DNA from: Alphaproteobacteria bacterium
GTDB taxonomy: Bacteria; Pseudomonadota; Alphaproteobacteria; GCA-2731375
Reading direction: 5' to 3'
Length of the DNA stretch: 64,000 bases
Assembly (NCBI GenBank): GCA_965225945.1
Contig: CBDDBZ010000036.1
Span: 192,001 to 256,000, forward strand
The notes under the pieces are model-generated. The model was not told the origin of the DNA, searched no databases, and saw nothing but the letters and a program-made list of their open reading frames with translations. Positions 39,835 through 49,920 of the stretch are shown here, in pieces. Within the stretch, counting starts at the first letter, position 1. The number at the start of each line of letters is the position of its first letter. The position numbers were made by a program, and so were the translations under genes.

Positions 39835-39974
39835 CTAGAGCAGCATCCGTCCAGTTGGAATCGCTTTCAGCGATCCAACTGGCGGATAAAGCTGCTCTAT
39901 CATCTTGAAGAATAGAGCAATTTAATCTGAACGGATTGAACCGGATGGATCAATCCGTTCAAAAATTGCTCTAG
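39835..39974. repeat. Alphaproteobacterial CTAGAGCA...TGCTCTAG double-hairpin element (Bru-RS/RIME-like)
   Basis: 140 bp, two internal palindromes, CTAG at both ends. Confidence 0.8.
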
Positions 39975-40338
39975 GGCTCGCTCCGGCCCGGACGTCGGCC
40001 TTCAACTCTTCCGGGCCGAGCGGGCTCTGGAATGGATTTCGATAGAGCTTGTCGTGGCTCTCGACGCCCACGTCGAGCGTGCAGTCGCTGCGGGGCCGGG
40101 CCACGCACAGCAGCACATAGCCATCGCGCAACTGGCGGCCGTTGAGGGCGACGCCCTCGCTCTGATCGACCTCGCCCGCCAGCAGCTTGGCCGCGCAAGA
40201 GATGCAGCCGCCATAACGGCAGCCGTAGGGCAGCGACATGTCGTGCTCTTCGAGCGTGTCGAGAAGGGGTTCGCGCCCATCCACGACGAAGCTTCGCCCG
40301 TCGCGGTTGGCGAGCGTGATGGTGAAAGCTCCCGCCAT
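39922..40338 (-). CDS. 2Fe-2S ferredoxin (plant type)
   Basis: LPYGCRYGGCISCAAKL..GYVLLCVARP. Confidence 0.92.
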   Translation of the reverse strand: MAGAFTITLANRDGRSFVVDGREPLLDTLEEHDMSLPYGCRYGGCISCAAKLLAGEVDQSEGVALNGRQLRDGYVLLCVARPRSDCTLDVGVESHDKLYRNPFQSPLGPEELKADVRAGASPRAIFERIDPSGSIRSD

Positions 40339-40344
40339 CCCCAC

Positions 40345-41718
40345 CTACACCCATATGTCCGAGGTGCAGTCGCCGCCGGGATAGCGGGTCTCGTGACAGC
40401 GTGCCGGTCCGTTCGGTTCCTTGCCGAAATCGACGAAGAAGTCGGGATTGATCGACATGCCGCCATTCTCGGTGTCGCAGTCGATCATCGCCATGCAGCC
40501 GCCGTTCTCGCGGATCTCGGGATAGAACTGGTTGTCCCAGGTCGAGAGCAGCGAGGTGGTCACATAGAGCCGCTTGCCGTCGAGCGAGAGCTGGATCATC
40601 TGTGGCCCGCCGGTGATCTTGCGGCCGTTCACATACGGCGCCTTGCCCAGCAGGCCGCCCATCCAGACCTGGCCGGTAAGCTCGGGGTTCGAGGGATCCG
40701 AGATATCGTACTGGCGCAGATCGCCGTGCAGCCAGTTCGAGAGATAGAGAAACCGGTCGTCCATCGAGAGCAGGATCACGCTGATCAGGCCGGGCACCGG
40801 AATGGGCCATTCGGGATGACGCTGGTTTTCGACGTCGATGACCTTCTCCACGATCCACTCGCCTTCCTGCTTGTACCAGTGGATCACGTTCGAGGAGAGC
40901 GCGGCGCCGACGAAACCGTGACTGGAATCCGGGTCGTGGTGAAAGCGGACCTCCAGCGGAACCAGACCGTCCTCGCCCAGATAGACCGTGTTCTCGACGC
41001 GCTTGTTAGCGAAATCCCAAAAGTGGATCTCGCGGCCATATTTCAGGTGACCGACCTCCTCCAGGTCGAACCCCGGCATGAAGGTGTTCGGCGCGGCCCA
41101 TTCGCTGGAGACCATGACGTTGTGGCGCGGCTGGTACCAGAAATCGTAGTTGAACTTCATGGCCCCCAGGTCGTTCTCCCAGCGCCCGACGATCTCGAAA
41201 TCCTCGTTGACGTGCAGGAACCCGCCCGGTGCCTCGCCGTTGGCGTCGCCCAGCATCGAGATGATGATGTCGGAGCCCAGGCAATGCACCGTATGCGGCG
41301 CCGAGAGATTGGTCTTTTGCTTGATCTCGGCCCCCTCGATCACCTTGTGCAGGCGAGGATTCCTCGGATCGCCGGCGCAGTCCACGATATGCAGGTTGGA
41401 GCTGCGCACCCCCGGCACGATCAGATAGCGCCGTTCCTTGGTGGGATCATGGTGACAGGACGAGCAGGCGTTCCATCCCATGTGGTGCAGCTCATCGCCG
41501 ATGCCCGGCATCTCCAGCCGGCTGACGACCTCGGAATAGGTAGGACTATTCGGATCGGCGTCGATCGTGGCCAGATAGTCCGGCTTTTGGATGCCCGTGC
41601 CGATATAGAGCGCGACCGTGTAGAGCAGCTTCTCGCGCGGCGCCGCCATCGCCTCGGCCGGCGAGGCGTAGCCCGGACCGCGGCATTGCGAATGGCTCAA
41701 TTCGTGAATTGTATGCAT
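40345..41718 (-). CDS. Selenium-binding protein SBP56 / methanethiol oxidase-like (native 5' end at 42745 separated by IS1595)
   Basis: GPGYASP, DELHHMGWNACSSC, YDFWYQPRHNVMVSSEW, GGPQMIQLSLDGKRLYVT, RYPGGDCTSDIW. Confidence 0.92.
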   Translation of the reverse strand: MHTIHELSHSQCRGPGYASPAEAMAAPREKLLYTVALYIGTGIQKPDYLATIDADPNSPTYSEVVSRLEMPGIGDELHHMGWNACSSCHHDPTKERRYLIVPGVRSSNLHIVDCAGDPRNPRLHKVIEGAEIKQKTNLSAPHTVHCLGSDIIISMLGDANGEAPGGFLHVNEDFEIVGRWENDLGAMKFNYDFWYQPRHNVMVSSEWAAPNTFMPGFDLEEVGHLKYGREIHFWDFANKRVENTVYLGEDGLVPLEVRFHHDPDSSHGFVGAALSSNVIHWYKQEGEWIVEKVIDVENQRHPEWPIPVPGLISVILLSMDDRFLYLSNWLHGDLRQYDISDPSNPELTGQVWMGGLLGKAPYVNGRKITGGPQMIQLSLDGKRLYVTTSLLSTWDNQFYPEIRENGGCMAMIDCDTENGGMSINPDFFVDFGKEPNGPARCHETRYPGGDCTSDIWV

Positions 41719-42721
41719 TAGTGATAGAGTGCCTGGAACGTCAGGAGGTTGGGTTATGGACGGCAAGGGTTTCCAGGTGTGGCTTTCGGCGGCGCGCGGG
41801 CTGACGCGCGCGCAGCGGCGCGAGGCGCTCGCGGTGCTGTCGGGCCGGAGCGAGGGCGAGGCATCGAAGGCCGCGATCGAGCTTGGTGTGGACGAGGCCC
41901 GGCGCTGTCCGCACTGCGCGAGCGAAGGGGCGGTTTCGCGCGGTATGGCGCGGGGTCTGCGGCGCTACCAGTGCAAGGGCTGCGGCAGGACCTTCAACGC
42001 GCTGAGCGGTACGCCGCTGTCGGGCTTGCACCACAAGGAACGCTGGCTGTCGTTCGGGGCGTCGCTGGCGAAGGGGGAGACGGTGAAGGCGTCGGCGGCG
42101 CGCTGCGACGTGGCGGTGAGCACGGCGTTCCGCTGGCGTCACCGGTTTCTGGCGGCGGCGCGGAGCGATTCGGAGGTGCTCAAGGGGATCGTGGAAGCGG
42201 ACGAGACCTACGTCCTGGAGAGCCGGAAGGGCGCGCGCGGGCTGGGGCGCAAGGCACGGCGGCGGGGCGGCAAGGCGAAGAAGCGCGGCCTCTCGCGCGA
42301 GCAGGTACCGGTTCTCATGGCGGCGGACCGGAGCGGAACGACGGTCAGCGCGGTGCTGCCCAGGGTCGATGCGGCGGCGCTCACGGCTGCCCTCGACCCG
42401 GTGGTCGCGAAGGACGCCCTGCTGGTCTCCGACGGCGGCGCGAGCTACCCACCGTGCGCCGCCGCGCTCGGGGTGAGCCACGAAGCACTCAACCGCTCGA
42501 TGGGGGAACGGGGCGATCTGCATGTGCAGACGGTGAACAGCCGCCACAGCCGCCACAGCCGGTTGAAGGACTTCCTGCGTCCCCGCCGCGGCATCGCCAC
42601 CCGCTATCTGGACAACTACCTGAGCTGGTTCCACCTCGTCGGCCTCGCCCCCGGCGCCAATGACCGAGCCTGCCTCGCCGCCGCCGTAACAAGGTGACGC
42701 ATACAATTCACGAATTGAGCC
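41694..42721 (+). mobile_element. IS1595-family element, copy 1 (transposase 41756-42697)
   Basis: TIR GGCTCAATTCGTGAATTGTATGC; 8-bp TSD TTGCGAAT; CPHC..CKGC Zn finger, VEADETY, VSDG. Confidence 0.93.
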
Positions 42722-42864
42722 TTGCGAATTGCCGTTTTCGGCCATGTCTTGCCTCCCCTTCGATCTCGCTTCCGACGTCCCTCGTCCGTTGTTCCCGATG
42801 ATAGCCTGATAATATCGCTTTGGATATCGTTTTGTGATACAAACGTCTGTCAAGTGAGAAGCCG

Positions 42865-43626
42865 ATGCATCTGGACCGCGTCATATCCGTGCTCGAGGTC
42901 GTCGCCGTCGCCGGCCGCCCCGTCTCCGCGGCGGAATTGCGGCGGGCGACCGGCTTGCCCAGGCCGACCTGCTATCGCTTGCTGCAAAGCTTGGCGGACC
43001 ATCGTCTGCTGGACGATCCGGAAGGCAATTCGAGGTACCTGGTCGGCGAGCGGCTGATCCGGATCGCCCTTCTCGGCCAAGCCGACGTCGACGTGCGCCA
43101 CGCGGCCGCGCCGACGATGAAGGACGCCGCGATAGAATTCGGCGAGGCCGTGTTTCTCTCCCGGTTTCGCAACAAGGGAGTCGAGATCATCCATGTCGAG
43201 ACGCCGGCCGATCCGGCGCGCGCCTTCATCCATCCGGGCCTGGGCTATCGCCCGATGCATGCCTGTTCTTGCTCCAAGGTGATCGCGGCCTTCGCGGAGG
43301 AAGATTTCCGGGAGGATATCTTCAACGGGCCGTTGAAGGCCTACACCGAGCATACCAAGATCACGCGGGACGAACTGCGAGGTGAATTCGCCGACATCCG
43401 GGCCCGGGGCTATGCCGAATGTGTCGAAGAGATCGAGATGGGCGTCTCGAGCGTCGCCGCGCCGGTCCGAATCGGCACTATCGGCGCCACGTTCAGCCTG
43501 GGCGCGACCGGCCCCATTCGCAGATTCAACCATACCCGTCGCGCCGAGATCGGCGCCGAGCTCAAGCAACTCGCCTCGAAAGTCAGCTCCGCGATCAGGT
43601 TATACAACACCGCCGAGCCCGCATAG
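42865..43626 (+). CDS. IclR family transcriptional regulator
   Basis: N-terminal HTH (GLPRPTCYRLL), PMHACSCSK, IRARGYAE..EIEMGVSSVAAPV. Confidence 0.92.
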   Translation: MHLDRVISVLEVVAVAGRPVSAAELRRATGLPRPTCYRLLQSLADHRLLDDPEGNSRYLVGERLIRIALLGQADVDVRHAAAPTMKDAAIEFGEAVFLSRFRNKGVEIIHVETPADPARAFIHPGLGYRPMHACSCSKVIAAFAEEDFREDIFNGPLKAYTEHTKITRDELRGEFADIRARGYAECVEEIEMGVSSVAAPVRIGTIGATFSLGATGPIRRFNHTRRAEIGAELKQLASKVSSAIRLYNTAEPA

Positions 43627-43764
43627 GCCGGCCGGTCGAGGGACACCGTTGCGAGCCCCCACCCCCCTGTTTTCCCCCGTCGTCCCCCGCCGTTGTCGCT
43701 TGCCGAGGCGGCGTGGCGGTTGTAGCGTCCCGCCCTATTCGGGCCATCATCGGGGAGTGCTGCC

Positions 43765-44505
43765 ATGCAATTGATGGAGCAACGTCGGCAACTCGCCTGC
43801 GCGTTGCGCTGGGCGGCGCGGTTGAACCTGCATGAGGGGGTGGACAATCATTTCTCGCTCGCCGTCCCGGACGAGGACGGCGTGATGCGCGGCAATCGCT
43901 TCCTGATCAATCCCTGCGGCTTTCATTGGTCGGAGATCGACGCCTCCTCCCTCGTCCTCTGCGACGACGAGGGCACGGCGCTGGAGGGCGAGAACTGGGT
44001 CGAGCCGACCGCCTTCTACATCCACGGCCGGGTCCATATCAACCTGCCGAGCGCGGTCTGCGTGCTGCACACCCACATGCCCTACGCGACCGCTCTCACG
44101 CTGCTGGAGGGCGGGCGGCTGGAGATGTGCGAGCAGAACGCGCTCTCCTTCGACGATCGCATCGCCTATGACGACGACTATGGGGGCCTGGCGCTGGATC
44201 GCGACGAGGGTGATCGCCTCGCCCGCAAAATCGGCAACAAGAACGTCGTCTTCATGGCCAACCACGGCATCCTGGTGACCGGCGCCTCGGTGGCGGAGGC
44301 CTTCAACGACCTCTATTACCTGGAGCGGGCGGCGATGTTCCAGGTGCTGGCCAAGTCCACCGGCGGCAAGCTGAAAATGGTCTCCGAGGAGGTCCGCGAG
44401 GCGGTGAAGGCGCAGTATGGCGAGCAGCGCGCCAAGGTCGCCGAGCGCCATTTCACCGCGCTCAGGCGCATCCTCGACCGCGAGGCGCCGGAATACCTCA
44501 ACTGA
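43765..44505 (+). CDS. Class II aldolase/adducin family protein
   Basis: NHFS, FLINP, TAFYIH, VLHTHMPYAT, MANHG. Confidence 0.92.
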   Translation: MQLMEQRRQLACALRWAARLNLHEGVDNHFSLAVPDEDGVMRGNRFLINPCGFHWSEIDASSLVLCDDEGTALEGENWVEPTAFYIHGRVHINLPSAVCVLHTHMPYATALTLLEGGRLEMCEQNALSFDDRIAYDDDYGGLALDRDEGDRLARKIGNKNVVFMANHGILVTGASVAEAFNDLYYLERAAMFQVLAKSTGGKLKMVSEEVREAVKAQYGEQRAKVAERHFTALRRILDREAPEYLN

Positions 44506-44558
44506 GCGCCGATCGCGCCCTACGAGCGCCCGTCGTGGGCCATGCGGTCTCCGCGGGC

Positions 44559-45887
44559 TCAGGGATCCGGGGCTCGGCCGTCCAGGGCGTCGCGGATCGC
44601 TTGGTCCAGGATCTCCAGACCGCTGTCGATCTCGTTTCGCGTGGCGGTGAGGGGCGGCGCGAAGCGCATGGTGCTCTGAAAATCGGAGCACACCGTGTGC
44701 AGCACCATGCCGAGCTCCAGGGCGCGATGCTGTACCCGGGCGGCGAGGGTGCGGTCGGCCTGTCGGCTCTCGCGATTCGTGACCATCTCCAAGCCGATCA
44801 GCAGGCCCCGACCCCGAAGGTCGCCGATGCACTCATGGCACTGTTGCAGATCGCGCAAGCCGGCCAGAAAATAGTCGCCGAGCTCGCTCGCCCGCTCGGC
44901 CAGCTTCTCCTCGCGAAGAATTCTCAGCACGGCGACGCCGACGGCGGCGGGCAGCGGGTCCGACAGGTGCGAGGTGTAGAAGAGGAAATCCTCGTCGACG
45001 CAGGCCTGCTCGATCTCGTCGCTGGTGATCGTGGCGGAAAGCGGCACGCCGTTGCCGAGCGTCTTGGAGAGCGAGAGCAGGTCCGGCGCCACGCCATCGT
45101 GCTCGAAGGCGAAGTTGGTGCCGGTGCGACCCAGCCCGGTTTGCGCCTCGTCCAGGATCAGCAGCATGTCGCGTTTCCCCGCCAGCGCCTTCAAGCGCGC
45201 CAGATAGCCGTCCGGCGGCACGATGACGCCGCCCGAGCTCTGGATCGGCTCGGCGATGACGGCGGCGGGGGCGCCGCTCGACTGTGCGTCGTATAGTTCG
45301 AAGCCGACTTCGAGGCAGGTCATGTCACAGGCATCGCGGCAGTGGCGGATCGGACAGCGGTAGCAGTTGGGGTTGGGGAGGAGCGTGACGCCGGGCGTGG
45401 TCGGTCCATGGCCCGCGCGACCGCCGTTCATGGTGACCGCCTGGGCCCCGCCGGTCTGACCGTGCCAGGAGCCGGCGAGCGCCAGCACCTCCCAGCCGCC
45501 CGTCGCCGTCTTGGCCATGCGGAGCGCGGCCTCGTTGCTCTCGCCGCCGGTCGACAGGAACATCATGCGGCTCAAGCTCGGCGGCAGGATGGCCGCCAAT
45601 TCTCTCGCGAGCCGGGCCACCGCCGGGCTCATCACGCCGCTGAAGAGATGGATGACGTCGCGGCAGCTTTGCTCGATCGCCTCGACCACGGCCGGATGAT
45701 TGTGGCCCAGCGTCGCGCACATCTGGCCCGAGCAGAAGTCCAAGATGGCGCGGCCGGTCTCGTCGTGGATGTAGCTGCCCGAGGCCCGGACGCCGAAATA
45801 GGGCGCGAAGGTCGTGCCGTAGCGGAAGATGTGGCGCTCCACCGCCGCCCGCAACTCCGTCGCCTCGGAAGAAGTGATTTCGCTCAT
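44559..45887 (-). CDS. Class III PLP aminotransferase (2,2-dialkylglycine decarboxylase-like)
   Basis: ILDFCSGQMCATLGHNHP, STGGESNEAA, EPIQSSGG, DEAQTGLGRTG, LSKTLG, FYTSHLSDPLP. Confidence 0.9.
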   Translation of the reverse strand: MSEITSSEATELRAAVERHIFRYGTTFAPYFGVRASGSYIHDETGRAILDFCSGQMCATLGHNHPAVVEAIEQSCRDVIHLFSGVMSPAVARLARELAAILPPSLSRMMFLSTGGESNEAALRMAKTATGGWEVLALAGSWHGQTGGAQAVTMNGGRAGHGPTTPGVTLLPNPNCYRCPIRHCRDACDMTCLEVGFELYDAQSSGAPAAVIAEPIQSSGGVIVPPDGYLARLKALAGKRDMLLILDEAQTGLGRTGTNFAFEHDGVAPDLLSLSKTLGNGVPLSATITSDEIEQACVDEDFLFYTSHLSDPLPAAVGVAVLRILREEKLAERASELGDYFLAGLRDLQQCHECIGDLRGRGLLIGLEMVTNRESRQADRTLAARVQHRALELGMVLHTVCSDFQSTMRFAPPLTATRNEIDSGLEILDQAIRDALDGRAPDP

Positions 45888-46031
45888 GTCCGCCTCGCCC
45901 CTCGCTCGCTCGCCGGCCGCAGCATCGCCGAAACCCCGCTCTTGCGAAAGCGAAATTCCACTCCGACGCGCGCCCGTGTTAGCCTTGCGCCGTGGATGTG
46001 GGGAAACGACCCCGCGCTCGGAGCCGGTTCC

Positions 46032-47018
46032 ATGGACGCGGCGGAGCTTCACCGGGACGCCTTGCTGATCGACGGCCTCATCATCTCGCGGTGGAGCCGT
46101 TCGGTCTTCGAGGATATGGCGCTGGGCGGCGTCAATGCCGCCAACTGCACCTGCAGCGTCTGGGAGGGCTTCCGCGACACGATGCGCAACATCGCCCGCT
46201 GGAAGGCCTGGATCGACGAGAACGACGACCTCCTGACCCCGGTCATGGCGATCGACGACATCCCCAGAGCCAAGGCGGAGGGACGGGTCGGTATCATTCT
46301 CGGCTGGCAGAACACCAGCGCCATTGAGGATCGGATCGAATATCTCCGGCTCTTCCGCGATCTCGGCGTTCGGGTGATGCAGCTCACCTACAATACGCAG
46401 AACTTGGTCGGCAGCGGCTGTTGGGAAGGCCGGGACGGCGGGCTTTCCGACTTCGGGCGCGACGTGATCGACGAGATGAATCGCCTCGGCATTCTGATCG
46501 ACCTGAGCCATGTCGGACCCCGCACCAGCGAGGACGCGATCGCCCATTCCAAGGTTCCGCTCGCCTATACCCACTGCTGCCCGAGTGGCCTACGCATGCA
46601 TCCCCGCAACAAGAGCGACGACCAGCTGCGCGCGATCGTGGCGCGAGGTGGCTTCGTCGGCGTCGCCACCTATCCCCCGTTTTTGCCCAAGGGCGCCCAG
46701 AGCACGGTGGACGATTGCGTCGAGGCGTTTGCCTACGTCGTCGATCTCGTCGGCGAGGACCACGTCGGCATCGGCACCGATTTCACTCAAGGTCAGGGTC
46801 CCGCCTTCTTCGAATGGCTCCGCGCCGACAAGGGCGACGGCCGATCGCTGGCGCCGGGCATGACCACCGACGTCACGATGCCGATCGGCTTCGAGCGCAT
46901 TGCGGATTACCCAAACCTCACCGCCGCGATGCTGCGCTGCGGCTGGAGCGAGGCGCGCGTGCGCAAGATCATGGGAGAAAACTGGTTACGCTTTCTGGGC
47001 GAGGTCTGGAACTCCTGA
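46032..47018 (+). CDS. Membrane dipeptidase (M19) family
   Basis: IDGL, GWQN, MQLTYN, IDLSH, HPRNKSD, HVGIGTDF, KIMGENW. Confidence 0.92.
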   Translation: MDAAELHRDALLIDGLIISRWSRSVFEDMALGGVNAANCTCSVWEGFRDTMRNIARWKAWIDENDDLLTPVMAIDDIPRAKAEGRVGIILGWQNTSAIEDRIEYLRLFRDLGVRVMQLTYNTQNLVGSGCWEGRDGGLSDFGRDVIDEMNRLGILIDLSHVGPRTSEDAIAHSKVPLAYTHCCPSGLRMHPRNKSDDQLRAIVARGGFVGVATYPPFLPKGAQSTVDDCVEAFAYVVDLVGEDHVGIGTDFTQGQGPAFFEWLRADKGDGRSLAPGMTTDVTMPIGFERIADYPNLTAAMLRCGWSEARVRKIMGENWLRFLGEVWNS

Positions 47019-47208
47019 TATCGATGGCCTGCTGGAGGGGGCCAAGGGCGTGCAGCTCGCGGAGCTCGGCCGCCAAAGCTGGGCCGAGCGGCGCGTTGTG
47101 GACGTCCCGCCGCTCGAGGCGTAGGGGGCGATCCGGCCGCCGCCGGGAGATTCCGCGTATGCGGATCATGCTATAGGCTCGGAGCGCTTGGGGTTATCGA
47201 GACAGAGC

Positions 47209-47973
47209 ATGAGCAAGACCGTCACCGCCGCCTTGGTGATCATCGGCAACGAGATCCTTTCGGGAAGGGTTCGCGACGAGAACCTGCCGTTTCTCGCCGA
47301 GCGGCTGAACGAGACCGGCGTGCAGCTTCGCGAGTGTCGCGTCGTGCGCGACGTCGAGGCCGAGATCGTCGCCGCCGTCAACGCGCTCAGGGAAACCCAC
47401 GACTATGTCTTCACCACCGGCGGCATCGGCCCCACGCACGACGACATCACCGCCGACAGCGTGGCCGCCGCATTCGACCTGCCGATCGACTACCATCCCG
47501 AGGCGCGGGCGCGGCTGGAGGCTCACTATGCGCGGACCGGCGCCGAGCTGAACGAGGCCCGCCTCCGCATGGCGCGGGTGCCCGAGGGCGGGCGCCTCGT
47601 CGACAATCCGATCAGCACCGCCCCCGGCTTCCGCGTCGCCAACGTTTTCGTGCTCGCGGGCGTGCCGGTGGTGATGCGGGCGATGTTCGAGAGCCTGCGG
47701 CACGAACTCGACGGCGGCGCGCCGGTTCGCTCGCTGGCGATCGCAGTGCAGCTCTCGGAGGGCACGATGGCCCGGGGTTTGGGTGCGCTGCAGCAACGCT
47801 ACCCTGACATCGACATCGGCTCCTACCCGTTCTATCGTGACGGCAAGGTCGGGACGTCGATCGTCTCGCGCGGCACCGACGAGGCGGCGCTCGCCGCGCT
47901 CGGAGAGGAGCTTCGCGGCTTGATGCGCGAGCTCGGCGGCGCGCCGCTCGAGGAAGCGAACGCCCCTGCCTGA
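47209..47973 (+). CDS. CinA N-terminal-like molybdopterin-binding domain protein
   Basis: IIGNEILSGR, TTGGIGPTHDDIT, LAGVP, IGSYPF. Confidence 0.9.
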   Translation: MSKTVTAALVIIGNEILSGRVRDENLPFLAERLNETGVQLRECRVVRDVEAEIVAAVNALRETHDYVFTTGGIGPTHDDITADSVAAAFDLPIDYHPEARARLEAHYARTGAELNEARLRMARVPEGGRLVDNPISTAPGFRVANVFVLAGVPVVMRAMFESLRHELDGGAPVRSLAIAVQLSEGTMARGLGALQQRYPDIDIGSYPFYRDGKVGTSIVSRGTDEAALAALGEELRGLMRELGGAPLEEANAPA

Positions 47974-47992
47974 AGGAGCGCGCCGGAGCCTC

Positions 47993-48589
47993 ATGAGCGT
48001 CGATCAGGAGACGATTCTGCGACCGGCCGTGGCGGCGGATGCGGCCGATATCGCGCGGATCTACATCGCCACCTGGCGCGCCACCTATCACGGGATCGTG
48101 CCGGATCGCATCCTCGACGACATGGACCTCGGCCGCGAGACGCGCGATTGGCGCCGCACCATCGCCCGTCGCGACGCGCGGCACCATGTATCGGTGGCGG
48201 AACGCGGCGAGGACGGGGTCGTCGGCTTCGCCACGTTCGGTGCCGAACGCGTGGGCCACGGACGTCGACGGGGCGAAATCCATACCCTCTACGTCCTGCC
48301 GCGCCACCAGGGAGGCGGGCACGGCCGGCGGCTCGTGGCCGATGCGGCGGAGCAGATGCTGGCCGACGGTTTCGGCGATGCGGTGCTCTGGGTGCTCAAG
48401 GAAAATCAGCCGGCGCGGCGCTTCTACGAGCGCATGGGCGGCGTTTATGGCGGTGAGCGGGGAACCAAGCTCGGCGGCGTGGCGCTGCGCGTGATCTCCT
48501 ACGAATGGCCCTCGCTCGCCGCCTTGGAGGAGCGCGCGGCGGGCCTGGCCGAGATCCCCATTCCCAGCCGCTTCCGCGCCCTCGCCTGA
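47993..48589 (+). CDS. GNAT family N-acetyltransferase
   Basis: WRATY.GIVP, LYVLPRHQGGGHGRRL, LWVL..N..ARRFYE. Confidence 0.9.
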   Translation: MSVDQETILRPAVAADAADIARIYIATWRATYHGIVPDRILDDMDLGRETRDWRRTIARRDARHHVSVAERGEDGVVGFATFGAERVGHGRRRGEIHTLYVLPRHQGGGHGRRLVADAAEQMLADGFGDAVLWVLKENQPARRFYERMGGVYGGERGTKLGGVALRVISYEWPSLAALEERAAGLAEIPIPSRFRALA

Positions 48590-48686
48590 CCCGGTATCGC
48601 GGTCATGCCCGGCGCGCGCTCGCCTCCGGGGCGCGACGATGCCGGCGCGGCGATTCCCCGGGGCGGGCGAAGTTTATGTCCGTTGG

Positions 48687-49909
48687 CATGGTACACGACG
48701 GCATTTACGTAGGACGTTGAAAAGGTTGTAGGATTCCCGATTCACTCCACGACGAGTCAAGAGGGAAATCATGCGAGACAACCCGATCAACGCCCTGCGT
48801 GAGACGCTACGATGCGGCTTCGCCTTTCGCAAGAGCCGTCTGGAGAGCCTTTGCGTCTTGGTCTTCGGCGTGTTCGTCGCCCGGACGGTGAACCTCTCTC
48901 ACTTGGCCTGCCACTTTCCGGGGCGCGCGCGATCCAGCTCCAACTATCGGCGCCTGCAACGGTTTTTCGAGCAAGTCGATTTCGATTACGATCGCCTCGC
49001 CGAGTTCCTGGTCGCGATGATGGGGCTCCAGGCGGGGCCGTGGCGGCTGACCATGGACCGGACCAACTGGCGGCTGGGTCGCCGCGACGTCAACATCTTG
49101 ATGATCGGCATCGTCAACCGCGCCATCGCCATTCCCGTGTGCTGGCGGGTGCTCGACAAGGCGGGCAATTCCAATACCAAGGAGCGGATCGCGATCCTCG
49201 AACACGTCCTCCGGCTCTTCGGGGTCGACAAGATCGCCAGCCTCCTGGCCGACCGGGAATTCATCGGCGACGCCTGGCTGGCATGGTTGCAGGAAAAGGC
49301 CATCCCCTTTCACATCCGCATCCGATCCAACATCAAGATCGCCAACACGCGTGGTCGCATGGTCAAGGCGAGGGAGCTGTTTCGCGACCTCAAACCCGGG
49401 GAAAGCCGCATCCTCTCCAACGCCAGGCGCCTCTCGGAGGCCAGAAAACCCAAGGCCAGGCCCGTCTTCGTCGCCGCGCTCCATCTCAAGACCGGCGAAC
49501 TGTTGATCGTCGTGACCAACGACGCGCCCGAGGAGGCCTTGGCCATCTACGCCCAGCGCTGGCAAATCGAGACCCTCTTCGCCGCCTTGAAAACCCGTGG
49601 CTTCAACCTCGAAGACACCCACATGACCGACCCGGAGCGCATCTCCAAGCTCACCGCCGTCCTTTCCATCACCTTCTGCTGGGCGCACAAAGTCGGCGAT
49701 TGGCTCCACGAGGCCGAGCCGATCCGCCTCAAAACCCACAAAAGGATGGCAAAATCCATCTTCCGATACGGTTTCGAGTGGATAAGGCGACAGCTCGTCA
49801 ATCCTATCGACAGGCGTCAAGCCATTGAGCTGATTCGTTTCCTCGTCCCCGGAAAACCACCAGTCCAGGTGCCCAGGCCAAAGCCAGCATGAACGAGTCG
49901 TGTACTGTG
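48687..49909 (+). mobile_element. IS4-family element (transposase 48771-49892)
   Basis: Ends CATGGTACACGAC / GTCGTGTACTGTG; 9-bp TSD GTCCGTTGG; MDRTNW, LADREF, YAQRWQIETLFAALK (YREK). Confidence 0.93.
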
Positions 49910-49920
49910 GTCCGTTGGAA

